A DNA stretch of 64,000 nt from Ptychomitrium polyphyllum (taxonomy: Eukaryota), in the NCBI GenBank assembly GCA_973851085.1, contig OZ316775.1:4526001-4590000 (forward strand), in the 5' to 3' direction. The notes under the pieces are model-generated. The model was not told the origin of the DNA. It saw only the letters and a list, made by a program, of their open reading frames with translations, and ran no database searches. Both the position numbers and the translations under genes were made by a program. This document shows positions 53,399-64,000 of this stretch, piece by piece. Within the stretch, counting starts at the first letter, position 1; each line of letters opens with the position of its first letter.

Positions 53399-54420
53399 TA
53401 CTGTGACTGGACAATCTTGTTTTCCAACTCCACCATTGTGCTCTAAGCCTTAAAGGCAGATCTTTTGATTTGGCAATCACGTACTTTATGTCCAGACTTG
53501 CCACAATATAAACATAGGTTTTCTCTTCGACGCCTTTCTTTTTCTTCTAAAGTCAAACGTCTGAAGTAGGCAGCATCAATTTGCATAGGTTCTGGTCCTT
53601 GTGGTTGGCTTTCCAGTATTCTTGAAGAAGTGGTAGCCATGCTTTGATGTACTAATCGCCATCCCAAGCGTTGTTCTTGGCGCCTCTCAAACAGTCTGTT
53701 GTCACATGCTATTGCTTGAGTGATGAATTTGTCCAATGTTTCAACTCTTGGCATTGTGAGTAGCAAGTCCTTCATATTCTCTCTTAAGCCCCATCGAAAT
53801 CGTGTGACCAAGGCTTTATCATTCCTATCAAGGTCGCAAGCTAATTGTCGAAACTCTGCAGCATATGTAGGAGCTGAGTGCTGTCCTTGTTGGAGATTCT
53901 GGATCCTTGTCTCAGCCACCCTCTCTCGGTCGGTGTCTCCAAAAGTAGATGTCAATGCTTCTATAAAAGCATCTAAGTTGTTCAATAATGGTGACTGCTT
54001 CTCCATTAGTGGTGCAAACCACGATAGGGCATTGTTTGATAAAAGAGTGGCTACAAATTCCACTTAAGTTGTACCATCAGGATAGCGAGATTGATGCACA
54101 CTAAGGAAGAGTCTTACTTGTTGAAGAAAGCCTCTCAATTTTGATCTTGATCCATCGAACTTGTCTGGCATGCTAATCTTTGGCTGTGCATGGGTTCGAC
54201 GTAAGCCTTCCCTTCCAATATTGGCCTCCCGCAATCAAACAACCTTTTAATATAGGCTTTGAATATCACCATTGGATTCTTCAGCTTGCCGAGTATGTTA
54301 CTTCAAATTGTTGGTGGTATTAGAATGGGCAATTTTTGTTCAAACTGTGTTTAATAATTCTTGAAGGTCTGCAATAGTTGCAAATCTATTCTCTAATGTT
54401 CTAGGCACGTTATCCATTTC
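53399..54420 (-). pseudogene. gag (retrotransposon gag domain plus CCHC zinc knuckle), disrupted
   Basis: MPDKFDGSRSKLRGFLQQV, ALSWF, LQQG...YAAEFRQLA, FRWGL, PMQID and CX2CX4HX4C. Premature TAG at 53443-53445. The 5' boundary is approximate. Confidence 0.85.
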
Positions 54421-54653
54421 TTAAGACTCTCAAAGCCAGAAAGACTATGAGTACCTTCAAAAGAGGAAAATCCACGTCCTTTGAAAGAAGTAATACTTAG
54501 TTCTAGAGGGAGAAACCAACTTTATGGTGTCAGCTTAGAGGAGGATAATCCGCAACCTCTAAGACGCTATGGAATCCTAAAGAAGATGGGTAATCCACAA
54601 TCTTCTTCAAAGAACCTTAGCTCTGACAGAGATGAAAAACAGTCTTGCCAAAC

Positions 54654-55114
54654 TGTTAGGGACACAAGAAACAAGAAGCAGAAATAAAGTGTTTTCCAAG
54701 AATTAGCTTCCAAAGAGCTAATGATTAACAAAAACTTGATACAAAGACTAGAACAAGGCAGGATTCAAGATGATCCACAACTTGTGTTGGCAAGACTAAA
54801 GAATACCTTGTCTTGCCTCCTATTTATATTATGACGTTGTATCTCCTAGGACATTTCTAAAGAAGCTTCCTACAAGGCTTAATAATGTTTTGGAAGTCTA
54901 AGGAATTTTTTCCAAGAAGTTTCTTAGGAAGTTATCTAAGATGATAGAACCTTCCTAGGAAATTTCCTAAAGTGGAGGGACTTTCCTAGGAAGCTTTCTA
55001 AGAATATGGAAAAGACTATGGAGACATCTAAAAGTATTATAAGAAGCTATTATAATATACTAGAAGGTTCTAGAATGTTCTAAGGACTATGTTGTATGAT
55101 CTATGTCCGTAACA
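54654..55114 (-). repeat. 5' LTR of the younger element, with a TATA box at 54828-54821 (-)
   Basis: TGTTAGGGACAC...GTCCGTAACA on +; TATAAATA on the - strand. Confidence 0.93.
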
Positions 55115-57226
55115 GATTGGAGCCGACGTAAATGACTTCTTAAAACCTTGAAATGTTGTTTCCGCCTCTTCATTCCAATTAAATTTTTGCTTTTTTGTAA
55201 GACGTGTCAATGGTGCTGCAATCTTGGAATAGTCCTTGATGAATATCTTGTAGAAGTTTGCAAATTCCAAAAAGCATTGAGCATCTCAAATTGATCTTGG
55301 CGTATTCCACTTCATAAAAGTGCTTATTTTCTTTTCATCCATATAGATTTGTCTTTTGGAAATGATATAGCCTAAAAATTCAACCGAAGATTCATAGAAA
55401 AGGCACTTCTCCAATTTGGCATATAATCCTCGTTGGCGGAGTTTTTTTGAGACTAGTTACACATGACATTTGTAGTCTTGTTCTTCCTTTGAATATATCA
55501 AAATATCATCTAAGTAGATGACTACAAAATTGTCCAAGTGTTCATAGAAGATATCATTCATCATGTATTGGAAGACTACAAGGGCATTAATAAGGCCAAA
55601 AGGCATGACATTGAACTCAAAATGATCATACTTAGATCAAAAGCTATCTTCCGTTTGTTTCTTTCTTTGATGCCTATAGGATTGTAGGCTCCTTTGAGAT
55701 CAATTTTGGTGAATATCTTTGCTTGGCCAAGTTGCTGTAGGAGTCCTGATATTAATGGTAATGGATAGCAATTTTTTTTGTTAATTAATTGAGGCCTCAA
55801 TAGGCCACGCACATACGTAATTATCCATCCTTTTTCTTTACAAATAGAATGGGTGCTCTAGCAAATGATTTAGAATGTTGAATGAAGCCCTTTCTGAGGT
55901 TTTCATCAATATATTCTTTCAAGGTAATTAATTTGGCTTGTGATAGGTTCCAAAGGTAATTGGGCTCTTTCTTGCAACTCAATGGTATAATTGTAAAGTT
56001 GGTATTTTTATAATATGTCTGCATTCTTCCTTTCAAACACGTCTTTTATAATCTTGATATTGCCGAGGTATGTTTTGATTGGTCTCTACTATAGAGCTGG
56101 ATATTGATGTGGCATAAATGTCATAGATTGGTTTATTTTTTTCCACTCTCATGAACGCCATAGCTCTAATAAATGAAGGTCTTAAATTTTTTGTACTTTG
56201 ACATCTTTTCCTTGAGACCACAGTGCGTGAACGCTAATCAGTGTTTAAATTATATAATTCAAACCAAGAAAGGCCCAAGACAATAGAATTTGTTCGGCAT
56301 TCAATGATGTTGAAGACAATCTTAAATGCTTGGTTTCCTAAAACAACCTCCAAAGGCTGAGTTTCTTCAATAACGTTGCCAGATGCAAGAAATCGTTCAT
56401 CAATATTTTCAACAAGCGCGGGGTAATTTTTATTCACAAGCGCCATATGATCTGTGGTTGTAAAATCCCTTATTAAATGAAACATATCGTTGCACCACTG
56501 TCCAAAAGAGTTTCACTTATTTATTCATCATCTAATAATTTAATTTTGATAGAGAACAAAAAGCAAGAGGTAGGACTTGAAGGTAGTAAGAGACCTTGAT
56601 TTGATGGTCGTTTTCTTGTGGTGTCCAATCGCATGGTCCTTACTGTAACTAGACAGCCTTGTTTTTCAACTTTACCATTGTGCTTTGAGCTTTAAAGGCA
56701 AACCCTTTTATTTAGCAATCGCACACTTTATGTCTAAACTTGCCACAATACAAACCTAAATTTCATCTTTGACGCTTTTTTTTTTCTTTTAGAATCAAAC
56801 GTCTAAACTGAATAGCATCAATTTATATAGATAATGGTCCTTGTAGTCAACTATTCGATATTCTTGAAGAAGTGGTTGCCATACCTTGATATATTGTTTG
56901 CCATCCTAAACGTTGTTCTTGGTGTCTTTCAAATAGTCTATTGTCACATGCTATTGCTTGAGTGATGAATTTGTCCAATGTTTCAACCTTTGGTACTATA
57001 AATAGCAAGTCCTTCACAATTTCTTTTTAAGCCCCTTTGAAATTGTGTGACCATGGCTTTATTATTTTAATGAAAGTCGCAAGCTAGTTGACGAAACTTT
57101 GTAGCATATGTAGTAGCTGAGCACTATCTTTGTTGTAGACTTTGGATCCTTATTCCAGCCACCCTTTCTTGGTCGGTTTTTCCAAAAGTAGATGTCAATG
57201 CTTCTATGAAAGCATCTAAATTGTTC

Positions 57227-58234
57227 AATAGCAATGAGGACTTTGAATTCCAAGAGGGCTTACTTTATTATAAAGGACTTTTGTACCTACCTTTAAGTCC
57301 TTTGCAATTGAAGATCTTTCAAGCACATCATGATTTTCCAGCAACAAGACATTTTGGATTTAATAAATTTGTTACGGACAAAGTAACTACAAGACAAGGC
57401 TCTAGGAATCTAGGAGGTAAAATAAGATATGTTCAAAGTATACCAGAGGTAAAGAGCCACAATAAGGTACAAAAGGCAAGGCCAAAAGGTCTGAGCTAGA
57501 CTTCAAGAGTTGCATTGTCGAGACTGAAGATCCCTTTAGCCTCGATTCCCATATATACTAGAATTACAAGCCTTGGACGATTCTTAAGAAGCTTCATCTA
57601 CATTGCTTTGTATTTAAACAACCTTAAGTTGTTTCTTTGGAAGTTTTTTAGGCCGTGGTAACTTCCTTAGAAGCTTCCTCAAATTAAGGCAACTTACTTG
57701 GAAGCTTTCTAAATCTGAAATAATTTCCTAAGAAGTTTTCTAAGTCAAGAAAATTTCTTTAGAAGCTTCTTAAATCTTCTAAGAATCTGTCTGAATGCTT
57801 TGAATTTGTATGTCTAGGACAAAAACAATGGAACTATTTGCTAGAGACTCTTCATGGCCGCCACTAAAAAATTACGTGAAGGACTTTGTTCAATCATGTG
57901 ACACTTGTGCAAGGGCCAATGTACCAAGACACCAACTTCATAATCTCCTCCATTCGCTTCCAATGCCAAAGGGCCCATGATTCTCATTGTCAATGGATTT
58001 TATTACAAACCTTCTAAACTTTGATTCAAAGGATTTTATTTTTATAATAGTGGATCTGTTTACCAAGATGGCACATTTCATTTGATGCAATAAGACGGTA
58101 ATAAAAGAAAAAAACTGCCAAGTTGTTCTTAGATCACGTCTATCGCATACATGGACTACTAAAAGATATGATATCCAATCAAGGACCGCGTTTCATTTCT
58201 ACTTTTTGGAGGGCTTTATTCCAACTATTGCGCG
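57227..58234 (+). mobile_element. Inverted gypsy pol (integrase) fragment, split by a solo LTR
   Basis: NEDFEFQEGLLYYKG..HHDFPATRHFGFNK, then after the LTR KTMELFARD..VQSCDTCARA..SMDFITNL..VDLFTKMAHF. This is the reverse complement of the 50950-51500 type sequence. Confidence 0.82.
57370..57821 (+). repeat. Solo LTR of a related gypsy family
   Basis: TGTTACGGACA...CTAGGACA, 452 bp. It interrupts the integrase frame between FNK and TMEL. Imperfect 5-bp TSD (AAATT/AAAAC). Confidence 0.7.
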
Positions 58235-61051
58235 TTGTTGTGATGTAATTAATTTAATAATTTAAAACTTGAGTAGTATTTGTTGTTTGGCATATTTGGA
58301 AAAGAATATTAGGAAAACGAAATAATTAATTAAAATAAAGGTTGTGGTGAAACCACAATTTTATTTATCTTGGAGGTAAAACCGCATCTTGTCTTAGCTT
58401 AGGGTGATTAAGCCGGTTGACTGTAATTTTTCCTACCTGTCGTTTTTGCTAGCAGTAGCAGGTCAAATGTTGCCATTTTACTCAACGAAATTTACAAGAA
58501 TCGAACTTGGACTAGTTCAGCAACTGAAACTTATATAATCAACCAAATTCAAGACTTGATGTATGAACCTACCTTAACAATGGTTTTATTCTTAACTTTT
58601 TTTTTGTTGAATTTCAATCTTTTTCTTACTTTCTTTAACTTATTTTAATTTTTTTAGTTTCTATTTAAATTTGTGAGGGTTGATTTTATCTTCTTTGTAA
58701 TTGGAACCTAGAAATTTTAACCAAAAGAAATAAAAAAAAGAAAAACAAAAAAAAAGAATTTATATTGTTTTTTATTTAAAAATATGGTTTAATAAGGATT
58801 TGATAAAAGAGGTTAGGGGCTGATGTGGAGAGGTATAGCTGATGTGGAGAGATAAGGAGCAGATGTGACGATTTAACCACCACCATCTTCTTCTCTCTCG
58901 GCTTCTTCCACTAGAATAAGAAGGCAACTTTTTTTTTGGTAAAATTTCATAGTATACTTTTTAGTTTGAGTTGATTTTTGTTGGATTTTTTTTTTTTTGG
59001 TAAGCTTTTCAAAAAACCATCACACGCTCCATTTAAAATTAATATGTGGTCATGGCTTTAGTTTGAATAAATTAAATCAACTGCCTTGAGTTTCTGAGGG
59101 CAACTAGTTTGAATGTTTGTAATTTCTTATAGAAACGTTTTTTTAAGTGAAATTTTGAGAAAAAAGTTTTGATTATTTTGGAAGATGGTATCAAAATTTG
59201 GTGAGCATTGGACTTCTTAAGCAAAAGATACAAAGACAAATGCAACCAAGACATAAAAGGCAGTGTACACTAGAGTTTGGGTTGTACAATTTGGGTCATT
59301 ATAGATGATTGAAGGAATTTAAATAAGTCTTAAAAAACTCTTCCTAATATTAGATTTTAGAACAAATTAAAAATAAAAACATTTAAAGGCTACATATTAT
59401 ATTATTTTTAAAAAGTTAATTCAAAGCAATTTCTTCTTAATCTTAGTCATTATGAACTAATATTAATTGCCACCAACTATTCTTCGTTGCCACCAATAAA
59501 TCTTATCATTTATTCAAATCTTAACTATAAATACATTCAATCACTATACTTTTTATTCTTCAAAATAATTCATTCATAATTATTGTCCAATTATGCGTGA
59601 ATTATAAATTCCTACAAATTTATTGGTTTAAAGAATCATTATCTTGTAAAGTTGTTATTCAAAATTATCTTGCATAACTGTTGTGCAGGGTTATAATTTC
59701 ATAAAAGATATAAAAATAGAATCCTATTTTGGCAAACATCTTTAAATATAACTTATGGTTAATATTGTAAATTTTTTTAAAGATATCTATTAAGATAGGA
59801 ATTAAAGTTGATGTTTAAAACACATCTATTTATAATTCCATATTCTAGTAGACATTTATGAAGTAGAATATTAAATAGTATGTAGCAATGTATGATTGGT
59901 CTATCCTTGCATATTAAAAAATCCCGTTATTATTGCAATATTTACAAGTTGTTAATTCTTTTATTTTATTTTGTTTTTGAATTCCACAACTTGTTATTTT
60001 TTATTGTAGAATAGAAATACCATGAACTAACATCTACTCTACAATTGATATATAAACTACATATCAACAAATAAACATTTCAATTCTAAATTGATTTTGG
60101 AATTTAATGTCATTTAATTGGCTTCTTGCATATTTCCTATCTTGTACAACTTCAAGAAGAAACAAAAATAAGTTCATAGATTACATATATATAGATAATT
60201 AACTTCTACAATAATACAAAAACATTACAAACTTATGTGTAATAATTAAATTATAGAGGATGAAAGTACTTTTTCAATGAACAAAGATTATCTCTTTGCT
60301 CACACCACCACGCTAAACGAAATAATAGATTATGTGCCACAACCTATAGAAGAGCGCACAATAATATTAAACTTTTCATATTAAAATTATGAAATAAAGT
60401 GGCCTTTTGTTAACAATTATATATACAACACCAATGTCGGATCTGCTGTGTTTATTCACCCGTATCATAAGATTATATTAATGTACCACATCGAGGCTAA
60501 AGTGCTTAAACTCTCAGGTTATGGTGATTTTTACTAGGAATTTTTACAGAGAATCTCATGTCTCCATGGGGTGAATATGGGTCTAATAATGGTTAAGAAG
60601 AGCAAGAAAACCTTCTTAGTGCACCCGTGCAAAATTACCCTATACAGTATATATATTACAGTAGGTGGCATTCAAAAGAGCATGCAGGAAGCCTGACACT
60701 CCAATGGAGCCACCTGCAAATTGCAAGCCTCACAGGTTCCAAAAATTACTTCATTACTTCATTACTGTACCCAATGCCGTGTCCTGTTCGTGGGCCCACC
60801 ACAGTGCCCTTTGGACCTAGGTCCCTCTAAGGGAGGTGCTATAACAAAGCAACATTTACTTATAGTTGCATGGAAGGACAAAAGTTGAAGTTATATTCTT
60901 GCATAATAAAAATAGTGTAGAAAATTCATCAAGTCTTGCTTTGAATTATCACCTCAATTCATCCAATTTTTGTTTATCCCACCTGAATCGATTTGAATTG
61001 ATTGCGATTGGAGTGTCTTTAGGCGTACAATAGTGTTAATGCAATTGGTAT

Positions 61052-61377
61052 TGTTAGGGACACAAGAAACAAGAAGTATAAATAAAGTGTTTCCCAAGAA
61101 ATTTTCCAAGATGTTCGAACCTTCCTAAGAAACTTCCAAGTAGTTGGAACCTTCCTTAGAAGTTTCCTAAGGTATTGGAACATTCCTAGGAAATTTCTTG
61201 AAATGGTGGAATTCTCATAGGAAGTTTCTTGAGGTGGTGGAACTTTTCTAAGAAATTTTCTAAGAATGTAGAAACGGCTATGGAGACATTTGAAAGTATT
61301 ATAAGAAGCTATCATAATATACCAGAAGGGCCTAGAAGATTGTAAAGACTATATTGCATGATCTATGCATGATAATA
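61052..61377 (-). repeat. Internally deleted solo LTR, same family as 54654-55114
   Basis: Starts TGTTAGGGACACAAGAAACAAGAAG. Perfect 5-bp TSD GGTAT at 61047-61051 and 61378-61382. Confidence 0.88.
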
Positions 61378-62636
61378 GGTATGAATAATTTTCTTCCAAG
61401 ATATTTTTTTGCCAATTTGTAACATTTAAAACCTAGTGGCTAATTCCAACAAAGAATATTTGAAATATATGAAGGGAACAATAACTAAATTCACATAAAA
61501 AATATTACATTGAAAGAAATATTACATGAAAATGTGACATTTTTAAATTATTGTGTTATATATATTATAATAAAATCATAAGATTGTTCTACAATCTTGT
61601 ATTGAAGCTTAAATGGTTTTTAATTAAAACCAACAAAAATCATTAAACTATGCATGCTTATGAGTTAAATAAAAAAGAGTTATTAAAAAAAATTAATTTT
61701 TTTTTATTAAATATATAACATAGTAGATGAATCCAATGTTTTTATAAAGTCAAGCCTTTAATTGTAAAACTCTAAAAACAACCAATTGAATCATTTGAAC
61801 TAGAAAAATTTAATTTGGTGCATAAATTACTGAATTAAAGTTATTTTTTTGAACTATAACTCCCATTGAAATTGTCTTTTTTACTTATAAGAGTTGTTGG
61901 ATTGTAAAAATAATCAATATTTAATCAAGAATGCACATCAAAAGTTTAAATTTTATTAAAAGTCAACAAAACTTTGACCATTTATACTTGCATGCAATTT
62001 TATTAGATTGTATTTATATTATTAAAGTATTATCAATACATTTATCAAAGTAGAACGAGGTTTTTGATTAAAGATTTTATTATAATTTGATGTATTTTAA
62101 ATTTTAAAGATTTCCATTTGAAGCATTGATGTTCTCTAGTAGAAGTAAATTTTGTAAGTTTGAGACCAACATTACAAGTTCTTTTTACAATAGTAGTATT
62201 TTCTTAGTTTTGTAAAACCAGTAGGTTGTGCTATTTAAGTTTTTTTTTTATCATAGAACAAAATAAAGACATGAAGAACATTAAGAAGTTGTAAAAAAGG
62301 GCATATGTTAGTGGATCAAAAAGGAACAATATCGATTTCCTTAGAATGTCACATGCCACACAACAAGTCATTTTCCCGTATGGATTGACCTTGGAGGAAC
62401 AATTCTTTATCCATGCCAGCCCTTATGGAATAAAATTGGAGTGACACTTCTTCCTCCTGACTCCTGAATGGGATAGATCAGATCTTCATCAAATTCCCAC
62501 TGGGCAGCCTGTGCCTTCGGAGCTGAAATTCCACATGACGACATGATGCAACTGTAAAATGAGCTCATGAGCACAAATGGTCAAAGCTACCTCAATCAAG
62601 AAAACGAGAAGCACGGAGGGACAACACGAGATCGCT

Positions 62637-62718
62637 CGTGCTCAGCAGGATTCGACCCTGCGCAGGCGAAGCCCACGTGATTTCTGGTCGTGGCCGATAA
62701 CTACTCCGGTATGACCAC
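62637..62718 (-). tRNA. tRNA-Ser(AGA), probably a pseudogene
   Basis: The - strand reads GTGGTCATACCGGAGTAGTTATCGGCCACGACCAGAAATCACGTGGGCTTCGCCTGCGCAGGGTCGAATCCTGCTGAGCACG (82 nt, long variable arm) and resembles plant tRNA-Ser(AGA). It has an acceptor-stem mismatch, two anticodon-stem mismatches, U33->C and a mutated B-box. Confidence 0.8.
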
Positions 62719-64000
62719 TAGCAGTTACAGCCAGAGAACCCACCTGCAGACTGACAAGTTCGTCATTCTCGGAGTCAGTTGTTCTATATCGAAAGTACCA
62801 AACTATATGAACTATTTTACTAGAGTTGGGTTAGTTATAAGTGCCCCTTCTCATCCTACTGTACTCGGACCTACAATGCTGGAGAGAGATCACAAACATA
62901 TTTTTTTATTTCTCTGGATTAAGAGCAGACAGTCGAACACACCGTGGCGACCGACGACCGTCGACCGTGGGGTTGCACTTTCAGTCTCTTCACCGTGGTG
63001 ACTAATAATGTAGATCGGATCCTCTCGCTAATTAATCACTTTGTGAAGGAGGTGTTAAACTATCCCACCGATAAGTTATGTTAATTAGTTGTGCTAGTGC
63101 TGATGGCTGTGAAAACACTACTAGCAAAAGCTTACTAGTAGTGTTTTTACTGGTGGAGGATGCTGCAGTAAACTGGGAGGACTTTGCCGTGAGATTTGTA
63201 GCACCAAGTACACACAAACAACGTTCATGTTGCAGTGCTAGCATACATCTTGCAGCACTAGGAAGCATGGTTCCGGCAAATGAGATGCACATTGGTATTT
63301 TCCAGTGTTAACATAATATCGTAACTCGTTCTGGACGAACCTGGTTGTACGTTTGAACTTTGACGAGAGTACGCGCCGCGAAATGATAATGTTTCGAAGA
63401 ATCTGTGTATTTACTCCAGGTCTTGCGAAGGATGAACGGTGATGAGTAAGGTGGGATATGAGCCAATGCCTGGCGAAAGGTGACGTTAGCATCACCTTGA
63501 AGTTTTAAGGTACGTACTGTGAACGTATTGAGGTTACATCACATGCATCAGTTAGTCAGTATGATCCCTTCCATGCTGCTCTTGGATCATTGTAAAAACT
63601 TGCTTTGCAGTATGTGGTCTTATAAAAAAAACCTGCTTGGAGCATCTGTGGACATGCTGTGCTCTGCTTATGACTTGTGTTTCGCGAAAATATCTTCGTG
63701 TAAGTTTTACATCAGATTCTAGGATTTCTTGAGGTTTGAAGCTCTGTTCACCTTGTTGTTCTGTCAGACCTTTCCTTCTAAGCTTCCCAATATTAGGTAC
63801 TGTGTTACAATTGCGCCACTGACGAGCTCACATTCATTGTAAATACCTTCGTTCTGGGAAATTGTGTCATTTGAAACCTTTTTCCCTCAACCACAACCTT
63901 CTGTAGCTGGCATTCCAACCTCTGTTAACACACTCATTATCAATACCATCTGAAGATGGCCAGAGCATCCGAAAGACTTGAGGTTTATCTAAGTAATTCC

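Larger units (their letters stand above)
49112..55114 (-). mobile_element. Full-length degenerate Ty3/gypsy chromovirus LTR retrotransposon (Tcn1/RLG1-like)
   Basis: Two ~460-bp TG...CA LTRs (54654-55114, 49112-49571) and a PPT GGGGAGGTGA next to the 3' LTR. Internal order: gag (GPEPMQID, CLYCGKSGHKVRDC), protease, RT (MPFGL..YLDDILIYS), RNase H (EADASDFA), integrase and chromodomain. Disrupted by stops and frameshifts. Confidence 0.95.
45971..57230 (-). mobile_element. Older degenerate Ty3/gypsy chromovirus, 5'-truncated and interrupted by a younger copy
   Basis: 3' LTR ~45971-46520 with a PPT remnant. Chromodomain, integrase (SVDFITDLP..LVVVDQFTKMAHFIPC) and RNase H lie at 46521-49111. The element resumes after the insertion at 55115-57230 with RT, protease and gag remnants. 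Many stops. Confidence 0.88.

Noticed and set aside
58240..60900. AT-rich region with short repeats (GCTGATGTGGAGAG x2) and possible DNA-transposon remnants
   Set aside because: It is probably TE debris, but neither boundaries nor family can be supported from the sequence alone.

Overview
Eukaryotic nuclear DNA with GT-AG introns. It is most likely a moss such as Physcomitrium patens; this is inferred from gene content and the Tcn1/RLG1-like gypsy elements. The first ~45 kb is gene-rich: a decayed kinase, a 4-exon mitochondrial IscA-type Fe-S protein, a small unknown ORF, a G:U-rich RNA hairpin, an intronless ABCG half-transporter, RPS23, a full-length but disabled Patched (PTCH)-like gene, two convergent class III peroxidases and a 15-exon N-myristoylated LRR protein. 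From ~46 to 58 kb is a nest of degenerate Ty3/gypsy chromoviruses. Beyond that are AT-rich DNA, a solo LTR and a tRNA-Ser pseudogene. The most interesting items are the PTCH-type pseudogene, the hairpin at 9.5-9.7 kb, and three features of the retroelement: Tf1-like self-priming, a -1 frameshift signal and an extra 3' ORF. All calls were made by eye, with no database searches. Reference motifs are quoted from memory.
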